64,000 nucleotides of DNA from a virus (Duplodnaviria; Caudoviricetes), in the IMG/VR virus record IMGVR_UViG_3300043464_002149, one strand, 5' to 3'. The notes beneath the pieces were generated by a model, which ran no database searches, had not been told where the DNA came from, and saw only the letters and a program-made list of their open reading frames with translations. Of the stretch, positions 40,117-51,900 are shown piece after piece (position 1 is the stretch's first letter; every line of letters begins with the position of its first letter). The translations under genes and the position numbers were made by a program.

Positions 40117-40964
40117 ATCGATATTATTTTTTTTATTAGTTTATCCCATTGTTTATATCTTTTGAATTCTACCTGGCCATTACTGGTTTCAAACATAAAC
40201 TCAGGATTATTTAAATTTATTTTAAATTTACTTTTTACTAGTTCTTTATACATTATACGATACTCATCAGAGTATGAATATTCTTTGTTAACATCAGCAA
40301 CTGCTTTTATTCTTTCTATTGATGTTTTATCCCATTTAAAGTGGTGTACTTGAACAAATGAGTGTGGGTTAATTAATGGATGATTCCATCCTTGCCACCT
40401 CCAAGTAGTTTGCCCATTAATTTTCGCATAATGTTGTCCAGATGTGATTTCAATATACCCCTTCATTATACAAGCTTTATTTGGACACGCTTTACTCATT
40501 GGATATCTAAAAAATCCCATGTTTGGAAACTGTTTAAAGATATTTTCATCATCTTTTAATTCAACAAATTCACCATGTGGTCCAATTCTATCAATAAACC
40601 CACCTCTAACTAAATCCCAACCGTATTCATTACAATTTGAAATTAATTTTTTTAAATTATCGTTAGGGTATAAATGAAACTCATCAATATCGGCAATAAT
40701 CCACCAATCATCAGGGTTTTTAGATTTTATTAAATTGTATAATGCGGTGACCTTTTCCCAATCAAAAACGCGGTCTTCAATTGTTTTAACAATTTTAACA
40801 TTCTTGTAATTTTTAATGATATTCTTAACATCATCAATTAATGTGGGTTGTATAAGTGATTGATATACAATGAATTGTATTTCATCAACATACTTGGTGT
40901 AGTGATCAATAAAATGTGGGATAAGACTTGTTCCGTGACCTACAACTGAAAGTGCTCTAATCAT
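40113..40964 (-). CDS. GT2-like glycosyltransferase (Glyco_tranf_2_4-like)
   Basis: FIDHY, WWIIADIDEF DxD motif, K...GQH, HHFKW. Confidence 0.7.
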   Translation of the reverse strand: MIRALSVVGHGTSLIPHFIDHYTKYVDEIQFIVYQSLIQPTLIDDVKNIIKNYKNVKIVKTIEDRVFDWEKVTALYNLIKSKNPDDWWIIADIDEFHLYPNDNLKKLISNCNEYGWDLVRGGFIDRIGPHGEFVELKDDENIFKQFPNMGFFRYPMSKACPNKACIMKGYIEITSGQHYAKINGQTTWRWQGWNHPLINPHSFVQVHHFKWDKTSIERIKAVADVNKEYSYSDEYRIMYKELVKSKFKINLNNPEFMFETSNGQVEFKRYKQWDKLIKKIISI

Positions 40965-41707
40965 TTTTTCCTGTTAATAATGGTAATACCGCTTGAAGAC
41001 GGTTTATCCATTAATATACGGAAATTATGTAAATTAATCAAGTTCCACTCGTTGTTTTTTTCGAGCTCTTTTACCAATCTAGATGGGCCTTTAAATGAAT
41101 AGTGGTCTTTTTTTGCATCTTCAGAAACTATTAAAGTCTCCTCATAATTTGGGTCGGTGTCGTGAATAATAATAACACCATTATCGGATAATATTTTTGA
41201 ATATAACTCGAAATCGGATTTAACCCCTTCATAAGAATGGTCACCATCGATCCAGAGTAAATCTATTTTAATATCCTGTCTAATAAAAAAGTCATAGTAG
41301 GCATCGACTGAAGTCGCTTTAATAAGGCGCGGGTAAAACGTGCTCCTGAAGAATGAGGACTCGTTTTCAAGGTCGTTAGGGCCACCAATACCGTTACAAG
41401 CGTCAACAAGATAAGTAGCGCCAATATCCCCCCAATTATAATCACTGTTTCCATCAAATATTTTTTGTTTATGTAAATCAATTCTAGCTTGTGTCATGAT
41501 TCTGGGGATAAAACCACCACCAGATCCAATACATACACAATTTTTTGCTCTCATATGCTGTATAAGAGAATACACAATAATACCGTCTCCCATATGTAAA
41601 TCTGTGGCACCATGCGTCCAGCGATAAGGTACAGGTTCATCATTATTGTTAGTGATGTTCTTTCTAATATATTCTTCATTTGTTATCATTTCATCCATTC
41701 TGGCCAA
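40961..41707 (-). CDS. Class I SAM-dependent methyltransferase (Methyltransf_24-like)
   Basis: CIGSGGG, IDLLWIDGDHSYEGV, GVIIIHD. The real start may be 41689 (ATGA overlap). Confidence 0.8.
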   Translation of the reverse strand: MARMDEMITNEEYIRKNITNNNDEPVPYRWTHGATDLHMGDGIIVYSLIQHMRAKNCVCIGSGGGFIPRIMTQARIDLHKQKIFDGNSDYNWGDIGATYLVDACNGIGGPNDLENESSFFRSTFYPRLIKATSVDAYYDFFIRQDIKIDLLWIDGDHSYEGVKSDFELYSKILSDNGVIIIHDTDPNYEETLIVSEDAKKDHYSFKGPSRLVKELEKNNEWNLINLHNFRILMDKPSSSGITIINRKK

Positions 41708-42429
41708 AATTCAGGTCTAGTGTATCTTCTACTAACACTCTCAATTTTGTCTTTTAATAAGTTATAAAGATCTAAATCTCTTTCAACATTTATTTCAGAT
41801 AATTTTGATGCGATCTGTATTGATATACCCTCACCCGCACCATTTATTTCTTTATTAATAAATAAATCAGAAAACTCTTTGGCTAATTGTAATTTTTCAT
41901 AATACCCATAGAAAGAATTCTGATTAAATCCTTTTTTATTAATTATTAAAAAATACTCCCATAATGTTGGGAAGTCAATATATTTTGAATATAATCTATT
42001 AGCATATTCGTGATAATATTTCCATTCGGGATTATCTGTAACAATTAAATCTTTAACCCAACCTTTTCCACACTTATGATTTTCTAATGTATCAATATAA
42101 CTAATACCTTCTTTAAAGTCAAATAGTTTTATTTCATTTAGAATTGAATAATCTTTAATGTATGTATCGGCGTCAAGTAGAATGCAAATATCGTGTTGTT
42201 TAAGAACATACTTTGGTAAAATCATTTTATCAGCATATGATTTATATGTTCTATTGTATTCAAATACATGAACGTTTTGTGTGAGGTATTTTTTTGTGAA
42301 ATATTCAGTGTCTTCTGTTAATATATAACAACTAAAACCATGATCAAGAATATTATCTATTTTTTCTACCGTTCCCTTGTAGTAATATTCTTCACCAAAA
42401 CAGAAAATACCAAAACCTATGTTATTCAT
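41686..42429 (-). CDS. Putative GT-A fold glycosyltransferase
   Basis: YILTED, YADK, ILLDAD DxD motif, GAGEG; paralogous to 23864..24565. Confidence 0.5.
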   Translation of the reverse strand: MNNIGFGIFCFGEEYYYKGTVEKIDNILDHGFSCYILTEDTEYFTKKYLTQNVHVFEYNRTYKSYADKMILPKYVLKQHDICILLDADTYIKDYSILNEIKLFDFKEGISYIDTLENHKCGKGWVKDLIVTDNPEWKYYHEYANRLYSKYIDFPTLWEYFLIINKKGFNQNSFYGYYEKLQLAKEFSDLFINKEINGAGEGISIQIASKLSEINVERDLDLYNLLKDKIESVSRRYTRPEFWPEWMK

Positions 42430-42448
42430 AGGGATAATTTAAGAAAAA

Positions 42449-42625
42449 TTATTCAGATTGTGTAGCGCTTCTTTCTTGCATTAATTCAAGATAAAATTCA
42501 TTTGCATTTAAATCAGTGTCAAATGTGTCTTTTTTAATTTGACCATCAGTATCAACATATTCAACTATATAATATCCAGACATATTACTATTGTCTTGAT
42601 ACATGTTAATAAATTTTCTACTCAT
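42449..42625 (-). CDS. 58-aa small protein
   Basis: Hand-translated MSRKFINMYQDNSNMSGYYIVEYVDTDGQIKKDTFDTDLNANEFYLELMQERSATQSE; overlaps the upstream stop. Confidence 0.55.
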   Translation of the reverse strand: MSRKFINMYQDNSNMSGYYIVEYVDTDGQIKKDTFDTDLNANEFYLELMQERSATQSE

Positions 42626-42740
42626 TGTCTAAATTGTTTTGAGCTTCTTCTAATGTATAATATATACCAATAAGGTCAGCACCATCAAGCACAAACCAAC
42701 ATTGAATACCATCTTTATCTATACCTTCTTCTATTCTCAT
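42618..42740 (-). CDS. 40-aa small protein
   Basis: Hand-translated MRIEEGIDKDGIQCWFVLDGADLIGIYYTLEEAQNNLDNE; ATGA overlap with the upstream ORF. Confidence 0.55.
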   Translation of the reverse strand: MRIEEGIDKDGIQCWFVLDGADLIGIYYTLEEAQNNLDNE

Positions 42741-42940
42741 AGATCAAAATCATTTTGAACAACAGTTAATTCACCAAATAGTGATGATAGTTGTTGTATT
42801 GTGTCATTTATTTTTTCACCATCCATTACAATTTCTTCCATGTAATTGTGATAACGAACGTCATTAAAAATAATTGTTTCACCATCTTTAATGGTTATTT
42901 CAAATTTCTCGTCTGATATTTTTTCTATTGTTATATCCAT
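42737..42940 (-). CDS. 67-aa acidic small protein
   Basis: Co-oriented ORF in the gene chain. Confidence 0.55.
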   Translation of the reverse strand: MDITIEKISDEKFEITIKDGETIIFNDVRYHNYMEEIVMDGEKINDTIQQLSSLFGELTVVQNDFDL

Positions 42941-42951
42941 AATATTAAATA

Positions 42952-43722
42952 TTAAATGTCTGTAAATGCTAAGAAAGCAGCGCCGTAGTTATGATAATCA
43001 GAACCAGAACTATCCCAATACGGTCCATCAACGTAACCACCACCAGCAAAATAATTTCCTGACCAACAACATCCATACCAAAATGGATTGTTATTATATT
43101 GACCAGAACACCCGCAACCGTTTCCGTTTGCGTTATCGAATGTTGATAAACTATACTGATTTACCGCATGATAAGCGTACCAACCTGGTGTAGATCCGCC
43201 AACATCATTAACTATTGATCTTGGGTATAAAAAAGAATAATTACTAGCCCAGCCACTATATTTCCATCTTGATCTTTTGGTATGTGAACCAGATAATCCC
43301 GTTGCTGAAGTTGAAACATATTGATTGACAGTGTTTCCTAAGTATGGCCAATAGTTTAATCCGACCCATAAATTAAAATTTAAATTAGCGTCATATGTTC
43401 CTCTAGTATTAACAACCGCACCAGTTGCGTTTGCAAATGTTAAGTTATTCATTCCACCAGTATTGATTCTATTGGCTATAACCATAGTCCACACTCTTGT
43501 TGAATCAAAATCAAAATTTAGATAAAATTGATTTGCTCCCAATCCACCTGGATTCAACCAATAAATTCCATTGGTTGTTATACCAGCATTAAACTTTAAA
43601 TAGTTTGCAGATGGTGCTGCCTTTTCTGCTGTTGATCCATCTAATAATAACGTAAAATTAGATGTCCCAGATGAGTCGAAAGACCTTGTACCTAACTGTG
43701 ATGTACCGATGAATATTGACAT
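42952..43722 (-). CDS. Fibrinogen C-terminal-like (FReD) lectin-type protein
   Basis: NGIYWLNP...WTMV at the domain start and STFDNANG...C...FWYGCC at the end resemble the FBG FSTxDxDND...C...WW..C pattern. Confidence 0.55.
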   Translation of the reverse strand: MSIFIGTSQLGTRSFDSSGTSNFTLLLDGSTAEKAAPSANYLKFNAGITTNGIYWLNPGGLGANQFYLNFDFDSTRVWTMVIANRINTGGMNNLTFANATGAVVNTRGTYDANLNFNLWVGLNYWPYLGNTVNQYVSTSATGLSGSHTKRSRWKYSGWASNYSFLYPRSIVNDVGGSTPGWYAYHAVNQYSLSTFDNANGNGCGCSGQYNNNPFWYGCCWSGNYFAGGGYVDGPYWDSSGSDYHNYGAAFLAFTDI

Positions 43723-43725
43723 AAT

Positions 43726-44523
43726 TTATGCAAATAATGTTGTCCCCATTTGTGTAAATAGGTTGCTATAATAATTATAGACTTCGTTTATTCTTGTTGA
43801 GTTTAAATCAACATTCCATACCATACAAGAGTGTAAATACCCCACTTCCATTATTCCCGTATATCCATTACCTATTCTCACTGTACTTGATCTTAATATG
43901 TTTGTATCGCTTCTATTACCATAATCAGTTACCCAACCAGATTGTGATGTGTAGTAAAACCCGCTAGAGTGATTTGCTGTACCTTTAATTGCAATAAAAT
44001 TCCACTGATTTAATGTATATGCTTTAGTGCTTGCATAATCATATGTACCTTCTTGTCCACCGGCTCTATAATAAGAAAGAGTATTAGCTACTTCCCATGT
44101 TGTTGCTAATTCCTGTTGATACGATGCATATGATGTACCCGCCTTTTCAAATAAATTGTGTCTCGCGCTATTAGAAGGAAACCAATATATCAAAACTAAC
44201 GTAAATGCCCCTCTCAAGTCAACTCTATCTGCTTGTGTGCTATTTGCACTTTCCCACCAACTTTGACCATTAAACGCTATTGCTGGTACACTATTAACCC
44301 AAACTTTAGGTGTTGGTGTTGTTGCATAGGGTTCACCACTATTTCTGCTATTAAAACACATACCATAAACCGAATCACACCATGTAGATGAACCACCTTG
44401 GTAGTTATTCGCATTTAAATCTAACACCAATCCATCTGTGGGGAAATTATAAAATGATTTAATTTCTGCCCCAGAATTGGCACTTGATGACGATATACTA
44501 TTTCCACCTATTATTAAACTCAT
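43726..44523 (-). CDS. LamG/concanavalin-like protein
   Basis: GLVLDLNANNYQG...WCD, WNFIAI, RIGNG, VWNVDL. Confidence 0.7.
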   Translation of the reverse strand: MSLIIGGNSISSSSANSGAEIKSFYNFPTDGLVLDLNANNYQGGSSTWCDSVYGMCFNSRNSGEPYATTPTPKVWVNSVPAIAFNGQSWWESANSTQADRVDLRGAFTLVLIYWFPSNSARHNLFEKAGTSYASYQQELATTWEVANTLSYYRAGGQEGTYDYASTKAYTLNQWNFIAIKGTANHSSGFYYTSQSGWVTDYGNRSDTNILRSSTVRIGNGYTGIMEVGYLHSCMVWNVDLNSTRINEVYNYYSNLFTQMGTTLFA

Positions 44524-45956
44524 TATAATCCGAATCTTGCTTTTTGTGTTCTAAAAGCTTGACCTGCTTCATCAGCAGATAAAACTCTGTTATATACTTT
44601 ACATAATCCCATTTGACCATCAATACTAAAGCCAGTATTTCCTCCCCAAGATCCATAAGGATATAAAGTGAAAACACCAGCGCCAACATTTGCATTTCCC
44701 GCTGATGGTGCGTCACCAGTTATCCCGTGACTTCTTGATCCACTAAATTCACCACCATTTATATAGTAACCCATGTTTGTTGAATCTGCCCAACAAACAA
44801 TGTGCGTCCATGTATTGTTAGATAGTGTTCTAGCAAACCCAATATCAGTAGCTGTTGAACCAGCGAATAAATAGAATGAACCAGGGAATATCCAAATATT
44901 ATATTGTCCAGAACCATTCCATGGTTTTGTGAAATAAACACCACCAGTATCAGATGATTTTACCCACATTTCGATTGTCATTGTTGAACGACCGATAGCA
45001 CCATTTGGTGACCATGCAAAATCTGGGGCACTTCCACTGAAAATACCCATTCCACCAACACCATCAAAATTAATTATACCCTCGTTACTAGAACTATAAG
45101 AATATCCATTATAAAGTGTTAATGTTCTGCTATTACCGCTTAGATCTGTCATAGATCCACCACTACCAGGGTATGAAGCTAATGATGCTGGATCAACCCA
45201 AGCTTGTAAGCCTCTCGTTATACCATGATATTTTTCTCTTGTTGCAAAATAATTTTGTAGAACCTCAGATGGTGTTAATGCTCTATTGTAAATTCTAACT
45301 TCAGCTATACTACCACTAAACTGTCTTGAAGACCCTTCTCTACCAATACTTAAATCTGTACCTGGCGCTCCTCCATTTGTTGTGGAAGCCATTCCAACAA
45401 AAGTTCCATTAACATATTGATATAATTTATCAGCCCTTCCGTCCCAAACCGTACACCAATGATGCCAAGTTTTTCTTGCTGACGGGCCGTTTGTTTCATG
45501 ATATCCATTACTAGTACTACAATACCAATATGTTGACAAATATTGATTTGATTTATTCCAACTCATATATTGCCCACAACCACCACCAGTTAATAATATA
45601 ATTGTTCCTCTATCGCCAGATGTTACTTCAGATGCTGCGGCATATATCCACGCCTCAAAAGTTCCTTGAACGTTTGGTTGTGTGCCGCCATATGTGCCAT
45701 TTATCCATGCGCCATCAAAGTTCATGTTAAATCCTTTCACACCATTAAACGTCGATGTACCCATACCGTTTAGTATAGATAAATTACTATGGTCCCTGGC
45801 AATATTATTCCATGTGCTACCACCATTTGGATAAGAATAAAAGTTGTTTACATCATAGTAGGCTTGAAGACCTGCTCTAATAATATTTTCTTTGAATATA
45901 CCACCAGATGTTATGTCATCTTTATCCAACACATTTGTTTTTACATATACTGGCAT
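44523..45956 (-). CDS. Tandem two-LamG protein
   Basis: Two copies of GLxxxxD...SYP..G...DLSGN...WxH...FxG.I....YNRAL. Confidence 0.8.
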   Translation of the reverse strand: MPVYVKTNVLDKDDITSGGIFKENIIRAGLQAYYDVNNFYSYPNGGSTWNNIARDHSNLSILNGMGTSTFNGVKGFNMNFDGAWINGTYGGTQPNVQGTFEAWIYAAASEVTSGDRGTIILLTGGGCGQYMSWNKSNQYLSTYWYCSTSNGYHETNGPSARKTWHHWCTVWDGRADKLYQYVNGTFVGMASTTNGGAPGTDLSIGREGSSRQFSGSIAEVRIYNRALTPSEVLQNYFATREKYHGITRGLQAWVDPASLASYPGSGGSMTDLSGNSRTLTLYNGYSYSSSNEGIINFDGVGGMGIFSGSAPDFAWSPNGAIGRSTMTIEMWVKSSDTGGVYFTKPWNGSGQYNIWIFPGSFYLFAGSTATDIGFARTLSNNTWTHIVCWADSTNMGYYINGGEFSGSRSHGITGDAPSAGNANVGAGVFTLYPYGSWGGNTGFSIDGQMGLCKVYNRVLSADEAGQAFRTQKARFGL

Positions 45957-45957
45957 A

Positions 45958-48900
45958 CTATATAATTTCCTCTAATGATATTTTAAATTTCTTTCCGTTG
46001 TTATTGTTTATAATATACAGATTTTCCGCTCCTTCCTGAATAGTCCAATTACCATTTGTTCCATCAACATCATTACCTTCAGGTTTACCCATATTACTTA
46101 AGTGTAAGTCGTTTGTATAAACGTTTCTCCAACCAAAAGACGCTGTACCCAAATCATATGTATTATTAGCAAACGGTCTTAAATGTCCGTCAGATTGTAA
46201 TCTAACTCTCTGTACTGCATTTGACCACAAATCCATATTACCAAAGTCTGTATAAATGTTTAAACCACCATCACCAGCCCATGATGATGTGTTTTGATTT
46301 CCAATCCAAATATATCCATTTCTACTACCTGCTCTCATATTAAGTTGGCAATACTGATCAGCACTTGTGCTGGTATTTTCAAATCTAACCATTTCGTTAG
46401 ACCCTCTAACATGAAATTTAAGTGCAGGACTAGCGCCGACACCAACACTTCCATCCATTCTAACATCACCACCCATCCAAACATTTCCATTGTTACCATA
46501 GATAGACATTCTACTACCACCATTACCAACAAAAACATATTCGTTCGGATTGTCGCTGTTTCCCCAAATGTTGCCAGGACCACTAGCGCCATTTGTACCA
46601 TATTGTGCACTAGCATTACCAGCCCAGAATAACCCCCACCCATTATTACTACCAGGTGCACCTGCAACAATTGACATCCATCCACTATAGTCAGCCCCAA
46701 ATCTAAATGGTGCATTACCATCTCCATTACCAGAACTTGTTATTGCACCAGTAACAGAGTTAAATGTAACATTACTGTTTGTATTCAAGTTTTGGTTTGC
46801 AGAATAACCGGCACCAGACATTGCATAAGATGTGAAGTTACCTGAATGTAAAAGGGTTCTTGAAGTTGATCCATCATAAAATGCACCACCACCATATACA
46901 TACGTGCTTCCAGTCCCCTTAATATACGTTCCCAACCCACTAGTTGTATTGTAACCAAAAGAATCTGATTGGCCCGAAAAATTGATTGCGGTTCCGCTAG
47001 ATACTGTTGTAATTACACCAGTCATTGTACCACCACCTAAAGGTAATGCGTATGAGTTATAGTTACCAGCTGTTAATATTAAACTATTATTTGCGAAAAG
47101 ACCTGTTGTTGATGCTTTTGTTGTTAGATATTGATATGCAGAACCATTGTATAGAGCTATACCTGCCCTGCCATAATTAGCACCAGCAGCTGTTGTTGAG
47201 TACATGTGAAGTGTACCTAAGTCACCATCATATCCACTTTCATTCCATCTTGCATCAGATTTTATTACACCTGAGCCATAATTCCAGAAAACATCATGAC
47301 ATCCAACAACTTGTTCTGAATCGGTATTACTACTTAAAGCCCCTAAGCTGTTTAATGTTTGGTCACCAGTATTTGTTCCCGATGAACTTCCGCTAAAGTT
47401 TGATGCACCAATAGTACCACTAATAGTTAAATTTCCACTAGTTGATAAAGTGAAGTGTTTGTTTGCCGAACCAGCACCCATAGATATTTCACCACTATGA
47501 TTTAAGGCTATATATGTATTTGATGGTGTATATGAACTATTGCTAGTACCTAAAAATATATCAATACCACCATCTCCCAAATATGTTCTTGCTCCCGAAG
47601 CAAATGAATCACTAACACTATCCATTTGAATTCTAAATAACCCATTTGTATCTCCACTATCACCATTAATTGTTAGTGGTTGTGTTGATGTCGTTGCTTG
47701 GGTATATGTTCCGTTGTTAGTTAATCCTGCAAATGTAGGTGAACTTGATGTTAGAACCGCTTGATTTAAAACAGAACCATATCCAGTTGTGGATGATAAT
47801 GTGATTTGTGCAGATCCAGAGACCGTTCCGCTTGGTAATCCTGCAATGATTTGTGCGGAACCAGAAACAGTACCACTCGGTAATGCCGCAACAATTTGAG
47901 CCGATCCAGAAACAATACCACTTGGTATGTTAGATAAACTTGGGTAAGATATTTGAGAAGAACCAGATACTACACCCTCAGCATTCAATCTTGTTTTTAT
48001 TCCTGTTGAATAATTTGTTGTTGCCGTTAAATCAATTTGAGATGATCCTGAAACTAACCCACTAGGAATCCCCGAGATTGAACCAAATGATATTTGACTA
48101 GATCCAGAAACCAATGTTGGTTTATCTGTAATCCCATTAAAAGATATTTGAGCAGACCCAGAAACAACACTTATACCATTAAAGAATGAACCTGAATGTA
48201 TTGTTGTTCCGGCTAGTACTTGTGAAGATCCGGATACTAAACCAGAAGGAACACCAGTTATACTTCCGAATGCAATTTGTGATGAACCTGATACTAATGT
48301 TGGTTTATCAGTTATTCCATTAAAAGAAACTTGACTTGATCCAGAAAAAACACCTTCAGCATTTAATCTATTTTTAATTGTTGTATTAATAGAAGATGTA
48401 AATGAATTTAAACTTCCTGTTGCTGTTTCTATATTACCTAATCTTGTATTAGTAGATGATGTATATGAATTTAAACTTCCTGTAGATGTTTCAATTGATG
48501 TTAATCTACTACCAGCACTTGAGGTAAAACTATTTAAACTACTAGTTGCTGTATGAATAGCGGATATATTTGTATTATTACTACTTGTGTAACTATTCAA
48601 ACTACTAGTTGCTGTGTGAATAGCACTTATATTTGTGTTATTAGAACTAGTATAAGAGTTTAAACTACTTGTTGCTGTATGTAATGCATTTATATTCGTA
48701 GTGTTACTACTTGTATATGAATTTAACGAACTAGTAGTAGCTTGTAATGTACCTATAACTGTATTGTTACTACTTGTATAACTATTAAGACTACTTGTTG
48801 CTGTATGAATTGCATTAATGTTAGTAGTATTACTACTTGTATATGAATTTAATGAGCTAATCGCCGTATTATTACTACTCGTATATGAATTTAAACTAGC

Positions 48901-51900
48901 TGTTGTGCTCTCAAGTGCACTTACGTTTGAAGTTACATTTAAATTAGTCCCAACACCATTAGCCAATGTTGAGATATCAAGATATGCTCCTCTCGCATTA
49001 CCACCTTGTTCAAAAATTCTTAATCTATTTTGCCAAACATCGATTGTCACACCTTCACCTGAAAGTGTTGTGTTGGTTGTTGCTTTACCCAATAAAATTT
49101 CACCTCCTTCATCCCCACCTGTAGCATTTACTGTTATTTTATTTCCGCCAGCAACAATTAATGAACCTGTAATTTCAGTATTTGAATTAACACTTACCTT
49201 TGTTCCTGTGTCGGTAATATTACTATCACCAACGTGTTCAGCATTTACTGATTTTAATATTTTATTTGTTGTTGGGTACAATTCAGAACCAAGACTATTA
49301 ATACTTTGTGGACCCATTAATAATACTGAAGATGTTACTGTCGATTGATTTTGATGAACAAATATCCATTGGTCATTAATTGAATCAAATAACATTGAAC
49401 CAGAGACAGTTGGGGAAGACCCACTATCGATAACCGCCAACCCACCGAATCTCGTTTCAGGATTTTGAGCATTTACTGTGATTAAATTAGTACCAATGTT
49501 TAAAGTACTTTGAGAAACGAAATTAATTGAAGATGAACCACCAACAATTAAATTTTGTGAAATAAATAATGAACCTGTAATTGTTTGACTACCTTGGAAA
49601 ACATTGCTACCTGTTGTTGCGTAACTTCCAGTTTTACCTTCAATGGATGTTAGTCTATTATCTTGTCCTAGATCAGTTGTTGCTAATGATGAACTAAATG
49701 TATTATAACCTGTTGTTTGTGTTAATGATACTTGAGCAGAACCAGATATAACATCATCAGTATTAAGTTTATTCTTAATTGTTGTATTGATTGATGATGT
49801 AAATGTGTTTAAACTTGAGGTTGATGTATGAATAGCATTTATGTTTGTGTTATTACTACTTGTATAAGAGTTTAAACTTCCTGTAGATGTTTCAATTGAT
49901 GTTAATCTACTACCAGCACTTGATGTGAATGTATTCAAACTACTAGTTGATGTTTCAATTGTTGACAATCTAGTGTTTGTACTAGAAGTATAGCTGTTTA
50001 AGCTACTCGTTGCTGTGTGAATAGCATTGATATTTGTTATATTAGAGCTAGTGTATGTATTTAAACTACCAGTAGTTGTTTCTAACGCTGTTAATCTACT
50101 ATTTTGTGTATTGTTTGTTGTATTATTAGAACTTGTATAAGAATTAAAATCTGTTCTAATACTACCAGATGCTGTTTCTAATAATGATAATCTAGTATTA
50201 GCACTTGAGCTAAATGTGTTTAAACTTCCTGTCGATGTTTCTATATTATTTAATCTACTATTTGTACTAGATGTGTAAGAATTTAAACTAGATGTAGTCG
50301 ATTCAATTGAACTCAATCTTACACCTGCACTTGATGTAAATGAATTTAAGCTACCTGTAGATGTTTCAATATTTCCTAATCTTGTATTCGTTGATGATGT
50401 AAATGTATTTAATGAACTAGTGGTAGATTCTATTACCCCTAATTTAGTATTTGTACTTGATGTAAAACTATTTAAACTACCTGTTGCAGTGTGAATAGCA
50501 TTAATGTTTGTAGTGTTTGAACTTGTATAAGAATTTAAACTACCTGTTGTAGTTTCAATACTACCTATTTTTGTATTAAGTGATGAACTTAATGATTGTA
50601 AGTCAATACCATCAACTGTTCCCGTTAAATCTATTGATCCAGATACAACAATATCATTTGCAAACACGACCGGTGTACCACCAACAGAAGATTGGATTTT
50701 TTGACCACTTAATACCTCGACAGGCCCTTTTAACATTATCTTACCATTGGTTGGATCTAATAAAATATCACCGTCCGCGCTAGATTTTAATTCAATATCA
50801 CCATCGGCAGTTTGTAAAATAATTGAGTCTGTTGTGCCCTCTAAAATTTTAATTGATTGACCAGAATCTGTTGTGATTGTTAATTCTTGAGCTGTAGATG
50901 ATAATACTTTTGTCCCATCAATATATAATGAACCTGATGAGATATAAACATCTCTCCATTGATATTCGGTGCTACCTAAATCATATGTATTATCTACTGA
51001 TGGTAATATTGATCCACTGTGTGTTTGTGTACCCTTGAATAAATTTGAACCAGTTGTTGCAAAACCGTATGCTGTAACTTGCGCTGAACTTGATACTAGA
51101 TTTGATCCGTTTAATATTTGTGATGAACCAGAAATTACACCATCATTATCTAATTTAGATTTAATTGTTGTGTTAATAGAAGAAGTAAAACTATTTAAAC
51201 TTCCACTACTTGTTTCTAACGCAGTTAATCTGTTATCTTGATTTAAATCTATTGTTGCAATTGAACTTGATAAACTTCCAATACTACTTGTTAAAGATGA
51301 ACTTAAACTTGTAATCGTTGATGTTAAACCACTTGTTGTTGTTGCAACACTTGAACTTAAGCTTGATATGGTGCTTGTTAAACCACTAGTTGTTGTTGCA
51401 ACACTTGAACTAAGACTATCAAAACTATTTGAAATACTTGAACTAAATGTACTATATCCAGTAGTTCCAGTTATATTAACTTGTACACTACCTGAAATAA
51501 CATTGTCACTGTCTAATTTTGACTTGATCGTTGTATTAATAGATGAAGTAAAACTATTTAAACTTCCTGATGATGTTTCAAGTGATGAAACTCTATTATT
51601 ATTACTTGATGTATATGATTGGAAAGTTGTTTCATCTAACTTTCCTGTTCCAATTGCTTGACCATTTAATGAAATTGAACCGGTTATCTGAACAGAGCCG
51701 GTAAATTGATGCACATCGTTGTTATCGTTACCAAATGCTGAAGAACCACTAGCAAAACTTGTGGTCATATAAATTACTGATGAACTTACAATATACTCAT
51801 TAGCAATAAGTGCTCCGGTAACCGATAAATTACCCTGAATTTGAGTGTTTTTATTAACAGTGAATCCTGATGTGGTAATAGATGCTGTAGCGTCTCCACT

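Noticed and set aside
37099-43722. Eukaryotic or giant-virus origin because of GT7 and fibrinogen-like genes
   Set aside because: Operon-style overlaps, a bacterial terminator, phage-fibre motifs and a TBDR N-terminus favour a bacteriophage; a bacterial genomic island cannot be excluded from this window alone.
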